Assembly (NCBI GenBank): GCA_002328295.1
Contig: DCXE01000045.1
Coordinates: 3,349 to 36,465, forward strand
Length of the DNA: 33,117 nucleotides
Direction: 5' to 3'
Source: Candidatus Peribacter sp. UBA2144
Lineage (GTDB): Bacteria; Patescibacteriota; Gracilibacteria; Peribacterales; Peribacteraceae
Shown here: one piece after another, positions 9,678 to 17,883 of the stretch
Layout of the letters: every line of letters begins with the position of its first letter
Position numbering within the stretch: the stretch's first letter is position 1
Notes under the pieces: model-generated
Databases searched by the model: none
Told to the model about the DNA's origin: nothing
What the model saw: only the letters and a program-made list of their open reading frames with translations
Position numbers and translations under genes: made by a program

Positions 9678-10898
9678 ATGCTACTGTCTGACACAATTTC
9701 GGCTGCAATGGAGGGACTCCACCGTTCCCGCCTCAGATCGATGTTAACAACGCTCGGAATCGTAATCGGAGTTGGCTCTGTTGTTCTAATGGTTTCTGTT
9801 GGAGCAAGTTTTGAACGTTATATCCTGGATCAGGTTGAAAGTTTTTCGGGAGATACGTTTGAAATTCATGCAAAGGGAGTTCAGGACATTGGAAAGGATG
9901 TATTAAGCATTACATTTGGAGACCTTGAAGCTATAAAAGATCTAACTACTGTGCAAAATGTAGCACCCGCAATCTTTTTGACTGACCGGATCAGTTATGG
10001 ACGCGAAGAGATAGCACCATTTATTTTTGGAACGACCAAAGAAATATTTATTAACTGGTCGCTGAAGATTGATCAGGGAAGATTGCTCACGGACGGAGAT
10101 GATAAGGGCGCCAAAAGTGTGACCGTCCTTGGTTCACAAGCTGCTGAAGATTTATTCCCTAACGAGAATCCTTTGGGCAAAAAAATAACTGTCGGCTCAC
10201 GTAAATTTACAGTTGTCGGAGTTATAGAAGCCATGGGCTCGCCGTTAGCTGAACAAATGGACTCAATTGTCTATGTGCCGTTCTCTGTAGCCAAGGCGAT
10301 ACAGGGGCGTAGTACTTATATTGACTACATAGCTCTGCAATCGAAGGGCGGTGATAATGAACTGACGAGAAGGGACATCGTCGCTCTGCTTAGGCAGAGA
10401 CACAACATAGATAATCCCGAAGATGACGGAGATAAGGATGATTTTTACGCGCGTTCTTTTGAGCAGGCAATGGAGATCATCAATACCGTGACGATGAGTA
10501 TTACGCTATTTCTAGGGCTCATCGCAGGCATCTCCCTTTTGGTTGGAGGAGTAGGAATCATGAACATCATGCTTGTGTCTGTTACCGAACGTACGAAAGA
10601 GATAGGACTAAGAAAAGCAGTTGGCGCACGCAGAATAGATATACTTCTTCAGTTCCTTTTGGAAGCGATTGTTCTTACTTTGATTGGAGGAGTAATCGGA
10701 GTTATTGGAGCCATCGGTTTGGGACTTCTTATGACAGCAGTTGCAAACAAGCTTTTGGGAGGCATCACTTATGCAATTACACTGACTTCAATTCTACTTC
10801 CTTTGATTACTGCAATAGTTGTAGGACTTATTTTTGGAATTTATCCGGCAAGGAAAGCAGCCAAACTTAGTCCAATTGAAGCAATGGGGTATGAATAA
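9678..10898 (+). CDS. second ABC transporter permease, MacB/FtsX family (paralog of 8286..9521)
   Basis: Same architecture and motif (GGVGIMNIMLVSVTERTKEIGLRKAVGARRIDIL). Confidence 0.9.
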   Translation: MLLSDTISAAMEGLHRSRLRSMLTTLGIVIGVGSVVLMVSVGASFERYILDQVESFSGDTFEIHAKGVQDIGKDVLSITFGDLEAIKDLTTVQNVAPAIFLTDRISYGREEIAPFIFGTTKEIFINWSLKIDQGRLLTDGDDKGAKSVTVLGSQAAEDLFPNENPLGKKITVGSRKFTVVGVIEAMGSPLAEQMDSIVYVPFSVAKAIQGRSTYIDYIALQSKGGDNELTRRDIVALLRQRHNIDNPEDDGDKDDFYARSFEQAMEIINTVTMSITLFLGLIAGISLLVGGVGIMNIMLVSVTERTKEIGLRKAVGARRIDILLQFLLEAIVLTLIGGVIGVIGAIGLGLLMTAVANKLLGGITYAITLTSILLPLITAIVVGLIFGIYPARKAAKLSPIEAMGYE

Positions 10899-10971
10899 AG
10901 ATATCGGCTTGCATTCATAACATCACTCAGGTAACAATAACTATGTATTCTATTATTTTCCCCTTTTGTAT

Positions 10972-11142
10972 ATGTTTTTTGATGACGAACCATGTTGCGG
11001 CGACGGTACATGCGCACCAGGAAGTGACGATGCAGGTGCAGGTGCAGGAGATGACGGAGCAGCAGGCGGAGATGATGCCGCACCTCCTCCTGTAGAGGAG
11101 CCATCAGCAGATGCTCCTGCGGAGCCCGAAGTTCCTGCTTAG
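10972..11142 (+). CDS. small acidic low-complexity peptide, 56 aa (below the ORF-track cutoff)
   Basis: My translation is MFFDDEPCCGDGTCAPGSDDAGAGAGDDGAAGGDDAAPPPVEEPSADAPAEPEVPA. Third codon positions are mostly A/T in this frame, as in the rest of the genome, although the segment is GC-rich. The other two overlapping frames have G/C-rich third positions. An intrinsic terminator follows. Confidence 0.35.
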   Translation: MFFDDEPCCGDGTCAPGSDDAGAGAGDDGAAGGDDAAPPPVEEPSADAPAEPEVPA

Positions 11143-11161
11143 GCTATTTACGAAAAATAGT

Positions 11162-11189
11162 TCCCGTCCGAGAGGCGGGGCTTTTTTTT
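11162..11189 (+). terminator. rho-independent terminator
   Basis: The tcccgtc / gaggcgggg stem (7 bp including 2 G-U) is followed by c + T8 (11182-11189). Confidence 0.6.
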
Positions 11190-11257
11190 CGTTGCTAACA
11201 TTCTCATACAAATTAACAGCACGCGTAATCTTCAATCAAACATCAATTTGAAATGGC

Positions 11258-11770
11258 ATGAATATCATGCAAGCTTCCCCTCCTATGAATCTACTTTCTG
11301 CACTTAAACCGACAAAAGATCTTAACGGAACAGTATCACCATTTATTTCTGAAGAACCCGATCATGAATTTCTTTCGGAAGAATTTTCCGAAGATGCTCC
11401 GGAAGCTCCAGCTCCAGATGATCTGCAAGCGCATGTAGTTAAGATTCATAGAAATACAAATCAAAAACTGATTATTGTTACTCACGACAAAACTTTGCTC
11501 TGCTTAAAACGAAATCTTTCAAGGCTCGGGAAGAATGAATGGATTGCTCCGCTGTCTACAGTACTCACAATTATCCTTGCGCTAATAACCGCAGACTTCC
11601 GTGGTGCTTTTGGACTGGGTGCTGCTGAATGGAAAGCTATGTTTGTTATCTCCGGCTTTATTACCACCGGCTGGTTAGCTCATACAATGCGTAAATCCAT
11701 CAGATCACTTAGTATGAATGAGGTTGTATACAACACAGTTGAGCAATTAGGAGGAAAAGCTATAAGCTAA
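11258..11770 (+). CDS. hypothetical membrane protein (acidic N-terminal half, two C-terminal TM helices)
   Basis: TM candidates are IAPLSTVLTIILALITADF and AMFVISGFITTGWLAHTM. No recognisable domain. Confidence 0.5.
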   Translation: MNIMQASPPMNLLSALKPTKDLNGTVSPFISEEPDHEFLSEEFSEDAPEAPAPDDLQAHVVKIHRNTNQKLIIVTHDKTLLCLKRNLSRLGKNEWIAPLSTVLTIILALITADFRGAFGLGAAEWKAMFVISGFITTGWLAHTMRKSIRSLSMNEVVYNTVEQLGGKAIS

Positions 11771-11809
11771 TAGGTGAAGATTTTCATAGTATTCCGTCGT
11801 TTTAAGGGG

Positions 11810-11815
11810 TATAAT
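11810..11815 (+). promoter_or_regulatory. -10 box TATAAT (ggggTATAAT), 11 nt upstream of ATG 11827
   Basis: aaggggtataatgagtttcaacaATG; no SD. Confidence 0.5.
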
Positions 11816-11826
11816 GAGTTTCAACA

Positions 11827-14070
11827 ATGCTTTTATTAGTCCGAATTCAGCAATGGGAAGAGCGAGCGGCCAAACCTGAGCCGCATTTCTCACAATTGCT
11901 CAGAAACCTGCATGAACAGCTTAAGGGAGCCAAAATCAGCTTCGAGTTAGCTTCGATCAACCAGCATATCTATTTCTTTTTAAATGTCCCAAATCAATTG
12001 AAGGAGCTAATGGTCGGACAGATTTATGCCATTTATCCTGATGCTGTTATAGAAGAAGTTGATGGAGATTATGCTAACGCGAAAGCCATTTCTGGTTCTG
12101 TAATGCTTTCGGCTCAGCTTGGAATGCGCCGTCCGGATATTTACCCCTGGAAGAGATTTGATGAATTTGAAGGAGACAGCCTTGCAGGATTGTTCACTGT
12201 AATGAGTAAATCTGAGGAAGGCCAACAGCTTTGGGCACAAATTGTAATGAAGCCGATTGATGATAACTTCAGTTTTAACTTAAGGCGCACTGTTAAATCA
12301 TTCGTAAATAGATTCAGGAAACTTATAAGGTTCAGAGATTTTGTAAAAGCGCGCGGACAAAAAGGGTTCAGAAAGCGTGAAAAAGATGGTCTCGCACAGA
12401 AAGCAGAAGAAAGACAATATAATGTCGCCGTGCGTGTTGCCGCAATTGCAAAGAATCAGGAAAGAGCACAGGGGCAATTGAATGCTCTGACTCAAGCCTA
12501 TGCGCAGTTCAACACTTTGGATTACAACGGATTTAAAATCTGTAAAAAGTCGAAAAATGAAGCTGCGCTTAAGCGATGGCAAGCTCGATTGATGGATGAT
12601 GCTTCATGGATGGGAATTTCGGAAGCGGCCGCTGTGTATCACTACCCTGACCCTGATATTGTTCCGCATATAGTGCACGTTATGGCCAGGAGATCGGAAC
12701 CGCCTTTGGACTTGCCAAAATCTGACGGTTCGGACGTTGTTCCTTTTGGAAAATCCAACTATCACAACCAACAAATCCCATTTGGACTTTTGCGAGCTGA
12801 CCGTGCCCGCCACCTTTATGTAGTTGGAAAATCTGGTACCGGTAAGTCAAAGATGCTTGAGCTTTTGATAGCCACTGACATTAAAGCCGGAAAAGGAGTC
12901 TGTGTAATGGATCCTCATGGAGATTTGGTAGATGCCGTTATTAAGCACATACCAAAGGAAAGAGTTGAGGATGTAATCTACTTTAATCCGATGGATACGG
13001 AGTTCCCAATTGCGTTTAATCCTATGCAAGCTGTGGATCCGAAACTCAAACTGAGAGTTACTATCGGTTTTATAGAGATCTTTAAGAAGCTTTTTGGAGC
13101 AAACTGGACACCTCGCCTTGAGCATGTGCTTAGGCAGACAACACTGGCGCTTTTGGACTCGGAGGGCACTACTGTGTTCTCCATTTTAAAAATGCTTTCG
13201 GACAAGAACTACCGCCAAAAGATTGTCGCGAAAATTGAGGATGCGGTAGTAAAGAACTTCTGGGTAAATGAGTTCGCGGCATGGAGTGAAAAATTTGATA
13301 ACGAGGCGATTACGCCTCTTTTAAATAAAGTTGGACAATTGGTATCTACAAATCTGATCAGAAACATCATCGGACAACCATACAATACGTTTGATATTCG
13401 CCAGGTGATGGATAACGAGAAGATAATGCTTGTTAAACTCAATAAAGGACTTCTGGGAGAAGAAAATGCCGCTCTCTTGGGTGCAATGCTAATTACAAAG
13501 ATCGAGCAGGCAGCTCTGGAACGTGCCGACACTCCCGAAGAGGAACGAAAAACTTTCTATCTTTACTGCGACGAGTTCCAATATTTTGCAACTGATACTT
13601 TTGCAGAGATTCTTTCTGAAGCCAGAAAATATAAATTGTCTTTGACTGTAGCTCATCAGTACATGGGACAATTGATTGATAAAGTTCGAACAACGGTATT
13701 TGGAAACATCGGAACAATCGTAAGCTTCCGTGTTGGAGCGGAAGATGCGGGGATTTTGGAGCAAGAATTTAATCCCATTTTCAAAGTCCGCGACATTATT
13801 AACCTCGCGGTAAGGGAGTTCTATATTAAGATGAGCGTGAAGGGAGAAACACGTGATGCATTCTCGGCAACTACAATGGATTGTACAACTCCCAAGGATT
13901 CCGAAAGTAATAAAGATGCGATAATTGAATTCTCTCGCAAGACATTCTCCAAGCCCAAGGATGAAGTGGAAGATCTGATGAGGAAATGGGACGAAAGCGG
14001 AGGGGACATCTCTCAAGAAGCTTGGTACAGCGGTGCATTAGATGAGGATTTCGCACCTCCCATAGTATAA
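11827..14070 (+). CDS. VirD4/TraG/TraD-like (type IV coupling protein-like) P-loop NTPase with an uncharacterised ~330-aa N-terminal domain; no TM segment
   Basis: Walker A is LYVVGKSGTGKSKM (nt ~12823-12852) and Walker B is FYLYCDEFQYF. It has a TraG/TraD C-terminal-type motif, EARKYKLSLTVAHQYMGQL. No other T4SS genes are in the window. Confidence 0.75.
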   Translation: MLLLVRIQQWEERAAKPEPHFSQLLRNLHEQLKGAKISFELASINQHIYFFLNVPNQLKELMVGQIYAIYPDAVIEEVDGDYANAKAISGSVMLSAQLGMRRPDIYPWKRFDEFEGDSLAGLFTVMSKSEEGQQLWAQIVMKPIDDNFSFNLRRTVKSFVNRFRKLIRFRDFVKARGQKGFRKREKDGLAQKAEERQYNVAVRVAAIAKNQERAQGQLNALTQAYAQFNTLDYNGFKICKKSKNEAALKRWQARLMDDASWMGISEAAAVYHYPDPDIVPHIVHVMARRSEPPLDLPKSDGSDVVPFGKSNYHNQQIPFGLLRADRARHLYVVGKSGTGKSKMLELLIATDIKAGKGVCVMDPHGDLVDAVIKHIPKERVEDVIYFNPMDTEFPIAFNPMQAVDPKLKLRVTIGFIEIFKKLFGANWTPRLEHVLRQTTLALLDSEGTTVFSILKMLSDKNYRQKIVAKIEDAVVKNFWVNEFAAWSEKFDNEAITPLLNKVGQLVSTNLIRNIIGQPYNTFDIRQVMDNEKIMLVKLNKGLLGEENAALLGAMLITKIEQAALERADTPEEERKTFYLYCDEFQYFATDTFAEILSEARKYKLSLTVAHQYMGQLIDKVRTTVFGNIGTIVSFRVGAEDAGILEQEFNPIFKVRDIINLAVREFYIKMSVKGETRDAFSATTMDCTTPKDSESNKDAIIEFSRKTFSKPKDEVEDLMRKWDESGGDISQEAWYSGALDEDFAPPIV

Positions 14071-14073
14071 AAG

Positions 14074-14180
14074 GCATGCTGAGCCCGTCGAAGTATGCTC
14101 CGCCAATAGTCTGAGTGTCATCCTGAGCCCTGTCGAAGGATGACACGCCTGCCATGGTTCGACATAGCTCACCATGACAG
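14074..14180. repeat. REP/MITE-like GC-rich triple hairpin element
   Basis: Hairpins are gcatgct..agtatgc (14074-14098), gtgtcatcc-tgagccctgtcgaa-ggatgacac (14115-14146) and catggt-tcgacatagctc-accatg (14153-14176). It is nearly identical to 33005-33077. Confidence 0.85.
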
Positions 14181-14188
14181 GCTATTTT

Positions 14189-14197
14189 TGATATACT
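14189..14197 (+). promoter_or_regulatory. extended -10 TGaTATACT, 9 nt upstream of ATG 14207
   Basis: tttttgatatacttttaacccgATG; no SD. Confidence 0.5.
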
Positions 14198-14206
14198 TTT
14201 AACCCG

Positions 14207-15886
14207 ATGTCCAATTGCACCCAATGCAACCTCCAATTCGAACTCTCTGACAAAGAACTAGAGTTTTTGAGGCACGCTTCGCCCGAATACAATGGAGTTA
14301 AGTATGAAATCCCTCCCCCATCGCACTGCCCGCAGTGCAGAGTACAGAGGAGGATGGCATGGAGGAATGACAGATCATTTTATAAGAGTAAATGTGACGC
14401 GACTGGAGAAGAAATGATCTCGCTTTATCCCAAAGGAATGCCTTTCAAAGTTTTTCACTCTGACTATTGGTGGAGTGATAAGTGGGATCCGCTTGAATTC
14501 GGACAGGAGTATGACTTTAACAAACCGTTCTTTGCACAATGGGAGGAACTGATGAACAGAGTGCCAAGAAGAAATATGGATCTGGTAAATTGCCAGAACA
14601 GCCAGTACTGCAACTACTGCGGAGACGACAAGAACTGCTATTTGGACATTGCAGGAGAAGCTAATGAGGATTGTTACTACAATTTGTTTACTAAGTATTC
14701 TAAGAACTGTGCTGACTGCACGTTCGCGTATCATTCGGAGCTTTGTTACGAATGTATTCAGGTTTATAACTGCTACAACGTTCGTTACGCGATGTATATG
14801 GATGGGTGTTCTGAGAGTGCCTTTTGTTTTGACTGCAAAGGATGCAAGAACTGCATGCTTTGCGCTAATTTGAGGGATAAACAGTATTACATTCTTAATG
14901 AGCCTCATTCGAAGGAAGAATACGAAAAGAAACTGGAGGAACTTAAACTCAATTCTTTCGAATCTATTCTCCACGTATTTGATATCTGGAAAAAGATGCG
15001 ACTCGAGAAAGGCATCTACCGTGACATGGTGAATATTAATTGTGAAAACTCTACAGGAAATAATCTGAAGGACTGTAAAAATTGTTTTAACTGCTACAAT
15101 GCAACTAACTGTGAGGATTGCGCATACCTTTATGATGTTCTTGATGCGAAAGACTCTCAGGATTTAAACTATTCTCTTTATAAACCAGAAGTTGCTTACG
15201 AATTAATCTCAACTCTTAACATGCGCTTCTGCGCATTCAGCATGGCAACGCATTATTGCAGCAAATCATTTTATTGCGACTTATCTGATAACTCGCATGA
15301 CCTGTTTGGATGCATTGGAATTAATCATGGCAAGTATTGCATCTTAAATAAACAATATTCTCAGTCTGAGTATGAGGAACTTGTTCCAAGAATCATTGAG
15401 CACATGAAGTCGACCAGAGAATGGGGTGAGTTCTTCCCGGTAAACTTAAGCCCAAGCGCATACAACGAAACTGTTGCGCAGGAATACATGCCTTTGACCA
15501 AGGAGGAAGTTGCTTCGCGGGGTTTTAATTGGAGAGAAATGGAAGAAGACATCGGAGAAGTGGAAAGAACTATCCCGGCAGAACAATTACCAGATACGAT
15601 CGAGGAGATTCCGGACGATATCTTGAACTGGGCAATAGTCTGCGAGGAATCGAAGAAGCCCTTCAGAATTGTAAAACAGGAGCTTGCCCTGTATAGACAA
15701 CTCAAGATCCCCGTACCCCGCAGAAGCCCTTTACAAAGGCATAAAGACCGAAATGCTCTGAGGAACCCACGCGGCCTTTGGGAGCGCAAATGCGGCAAAT
15801 GCGGGAAGGATATGCATACGAGTTATGGCCCTGAGAAGCCGGAAACCGTGTATTGTGAGGAGTGTTACCTAGCTGAGGTATATTAA
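14207..15886 (+). CDS. cysteine-rich protein, paralog 1 (N- and C-terminal zinc ribbons, duplicated CxxC-rich core); uncharacterised family
   Basis: 559 aa, with 37 Cys by my count. N-terminus CTQC...CPQCRVQRR, C-terminus RKCGKCGK...VYCEECYLAEVY. It is paralogous to the next two ORFs along the full length. Confidence 0.85.
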   Translation: MSNCTQCNLQFELSDKELEFLRHASPEYNGVKYEIPPPSHCPQCRVQRRMAWRNDRSFYKSKCDATGEEMISLYPKGMPFKVFHSDYWWSDKWDPLEFGQEYDFNKPFFAQWEELMNRVPRRNMDLVNCQNSQYCNYCGDDKNCYLDIAGEANEDCYYNLFTKYSKNCADCTFAYHSELCYECIQVYNCYNVRYAMYMDGCSESAFCFDCKGCKNCMLCANLRDKQYYILNEPHSKEEYEKKLEELKLNSFESILHVFDIWKKMRLEKGIYRDMVNINCENSTGNNLKDCKNCFNCYNATNCEDCAYLYDVLDAKDSQDLNYSLYKPEVAYELISTLNMRFCAFSMATHYCSKSFYCDLSDNSHDLFGCIGINHGKYCILNKQYSQSEYEELVPRIIEHMKSTREWGEFFPVNLSPSAYNETVAQEYMPLTKEEVASRGFNWREMEEDIGEVERTIPAEQLPDTIEEIPDDILNWAIVCEESKKPFRIVKQELALYRQLKIPVPRRSPLQRHKDRNALRNPRGLWERKCGKCGKDMHTSYGPEKPETVYCEECYLAEVY

Positions 15887-15935
15887 TGCCCCCTGTATGT
15901 ACATTGTACATACAATAGAAATTGAGTGAATGAGG

Positions 15936-15941
15936 TATACT
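15936..15941 (+). promoter_or_regulatory. -10 box TATACT (tgaggTATACT), 8 nt upstream of ATG 15950
   Basis: gaatgaggtatactagccaccaATG. Confidence 0.5.
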
Positions 15942-15949
15942 AGCCACCA

Positions 15950-17635
15950 ATGCCCTCCTGCCAAAAATGCCAGGCTGAATTTCAGATTCATGACGATGAG
16001 CATGCGTTCTTAAAAAAGATAACATTCAAATTTGGTGATAAATCTTATAACCCACCTGAGCCCATCTATTGTCCCGAGTGCAGAATGGTAATTCGCACAT
16101 GCCACAGGAAAGAATGGAATTTCCACAAAAATAAATGCGCAATAACCGGTAAAGATTTAATTTCTTTGTACGCGACTGAGCCGCTTTGGGGGAAACCCTA
16201 CACAGTTTATGCAGAAGACATTTGGGTTGGGGATGATCTTGATCCAATGAAGTATGGAAGGGAGTTTAATTTTTCTTGCTCCTTCTTTGAACAGTTTGCC
16301 GAGCTTCTAAAAGACGTTCCACGCCGTTCCATGTGCACAGTTGATAATCAAAATTCTGAATTTACAACCGGCGCAGGCTACTGCAAGAACTGTTATTTGA
16401 TAAATTCGTCTGAAAATTGCGAAGATTGTTATTACGGCAAGCTTTTTCAGGATTGTTCCGACTGCATCGACTGCTCATACATTTACAATTGTGAACTTTG
16501 CTACGAAAGCTTCTTCCTACAAAGGTGTTACCACTGTCTATATCTGCTCCACAGCCAAAACTGTCAGGATTGCCATTTTTCAACCAATTTGAATGCATGT
16601 AAAAACTGCTGTCTTTGCTCAAATCTGCATCAAAAAGAGTATCACTTCCGCAATGAACCGCTTTCTAAAGAAGAGTATGAGGCAAAAGTAAAAGAATTCA
16701 TGGGATCACATGAGAAGATGAACAAAATGCGCGAGGAGCTAATGGAAATTTACGAAACCCAAGTTCACAAATACTCAAATATAGCTAATTCAAAAAATTG
16801 CACAGGTGATCACATAGAAAATTCTAAAAATTGTTTTGACTGTTACGACATGACCGAGAGTGAGGACTGCAAATATGTTCAAGTCGGGTTTCAAGTGAAG
16901 GACAATTACGATTGTTCGAACATGTATATTAAACCGGAGCTTTGTTATGAAGTTCTGGGAACAATTGAAGTCTTTAACTGCGCTTACAGCATCTTTGTTT
17001 TCAACTCACAAAACATGTTGTACTGTGATTACTGTTATCACTGCAATGATTGCTTTGGATGCTCGGGGCTGACTAGAAAGAAGTTCTGTATTTTCAATAA
17101 ACAATATTCCGAAGATGAATATAACGAGCTTGTGCCAAAAATTATTGAACATATGCAAGCGAACAACGAATGGGGGAAGTTCTTTTTGCCGGAATACGCA
17201 CCATTTGGATACAACGAGAGCGTAGCTCAGGAATACGTGCCTTTGACTAAGGAAGAAGCGAAAGAGAAGGGTTATTTATGGAGAGAATTGAAGGATGATA
17301 TTCCTAAGGTGGAAAAAACTATTCCTGCGGATCAATTGCCGGACAGAGTTGAAGACATTCCTGATGATGTCCTGAATTGGGCTATTACAAGCCAAAAATC
17401 AGGCAGGCCATACCAGATCCTTAAGCCCGAGCTTGCCTTCTACAGAGGCCAAAACCTTCCTCTCCCCCGCCTTCACCCGGACGAACGCTATTCGCGCAGG
17501 TTGGAGCTCAGAAATCCGCGCAAATTATGGGATAGAAAGTGCGATAAGTGCGAGAAGGAAGTCTCGAGTACATACCATCCTTCGCGATCTGAAAAAATAT
17601 ACTGCGAACAATGTTATTTGACAGAAATATATTAA
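15950..17635 (+). CDS. cysteine-rich protein, paralog 2 (most divergent copy)
   Basis: 561 aa. CQKC...CPECR at the N-terminus and RKCDKCEKEV...IYCEQCYLTEIY at the C-terminus. Same module order as paralog 1. Confidence 0.85.
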   Translation: MPSCQKCQAEFQIHDDEHAFLKKITFKFGDKSYNPPEPIYCPECRMVIRTCHRKEWNFHKNKCAITGKDLISLYATEPLWGKPYTVYAEDIWVGDDLDPMKYGREFNFSCSFFEQFAELLKDVPRRSMCTVDNQNSEFTTGAGYCKNCYLINSSENCEDCYYGKLFQDCSDCIDCSYIYNCELCYESFFLQRCYHCLYLLHSQNCQDCHFSTNLNACKNCCLCSNLHQKEYHFRNEPLSKEEYEAKVKEFMGSHEKMNKMREELMEIYETQVHKYSNIANSKNCTGDHIENSKNCFDCYDMTESEDCKYVQVGFQVKDNYDCSNMYIKPELCYEVLGTIEVFNCAYSIFVFNSQNMLYCDYCYHCNDCFGCSGLTRKKFCIFNKQYSEDEYNELVPKIIEHMQANNEWGKFFLPEYAPFGYNESVAQEYVPLTKEEAKEKGYLWRELKDDIPKVEKTIPADQLPDRVEDIPDDVLNWAITSQKSGRPYQILKPELAFYRGQNLPLPRLHPDERYSRRLELRNPRKLWDRKCDKCEKEVSSTYHPSRSEKIYCEQCYLTEIY

Positions 17636-17674
17636 AATGACCCGATCGCTACGGATGGCAAGTGCACCCGCCTG

Positions 17675-17713
17675 CCCACCGTAGCTCGAAGCGAAGCGTA
17701 GAGCGTAGGTGGG
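17675..17713. repeat. REP-like GC-rich hairpin (cccacc ... ggtggg around gctcgaagcgaagcgtagagc)
   Basis: It shares the (c)tcgaagc/gaagg core flavour of the 14115 and 33005 elements. Confidence 0.5.
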
Positions 17714-17765
17714 AGAAGATTTATTGCGAGACTTGTTACTTGGAAGAAGTCTATTGATAGCCACT

Positions 17766-17865
17766 TGTCTGAACCATGATTAAAAGGATTTATGGATAGA
17801 CAGGATTAAGGATCTTTCCATGTAATCAAGTTAATCCTGTAATCATGTGAATCAAGGTTCAGACA
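17766..17865. repeat. ~100-nt inverted repeat tgtctgaaccatgatt ... aatcatgtgaatcaaggttcagaca
   Basis: tgtctgaacc (17766-17775) pairs with ggttcagaca (17856-17865). catgatt pairs with aatcatg inside. Confidence 0.7.
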
Positions 17866-17869
17866 GGGG

Positions 17870-17875
17870 TATACT
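17870..17875 (+). promoter_or_regulatory. -10 box TATACT (ggggTATACT), 8 nt upstream of GTG 17884
   Basis: acaggggtatactgatagtccGTG. Confidence 0.5.
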
Positions 17876-17883
17876 GATAGTCC

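Noticed and set aside
10841-11104. ORF 10841..11104 (minus, 87 aa) and a plus-strand 50-codon ORF from ATG 10943.
   Set aside because: Both have G/C-dominated third codon positions in an A/T-third-position genome. The minus ORF also overlaps the permease 3' end. The frame from 10972 fits the codon bias better.
14153-14176. tRNA-like GGTTCGA motif in the REP element (also at 33049-33072).
   Set aside because: Only a T-loop-like heptamer is present. No acceptor, D or anticodon arms can be drawn, and the sequence is part of a simple hairpin repeated elsewhere.
13871-14236. ORFs 13871..14236 (minus) and 32767..33078 (minus) sharing HGELCRTM...SSFDRAQDD.
   Set aside because: The shared peptide is just the translation of the REP/MITE-like hairpin element present at both sites. 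The rest overlaps real genes or spacers.
8225-15798. Long antisense or out-of-frame ORFs inside the permease, ATPase and Cys-rich genes (e.g. 8346..8879 minus, 13489..14016 minus, 14375..14974 minus, 15361..15798 minus).
   Set aside because: Each is fully nested in a longer ORF with clear family motifs or paralog support. Their products are low-complexity or Cys/Arg/Ser-rich mirror translations with no motifs.
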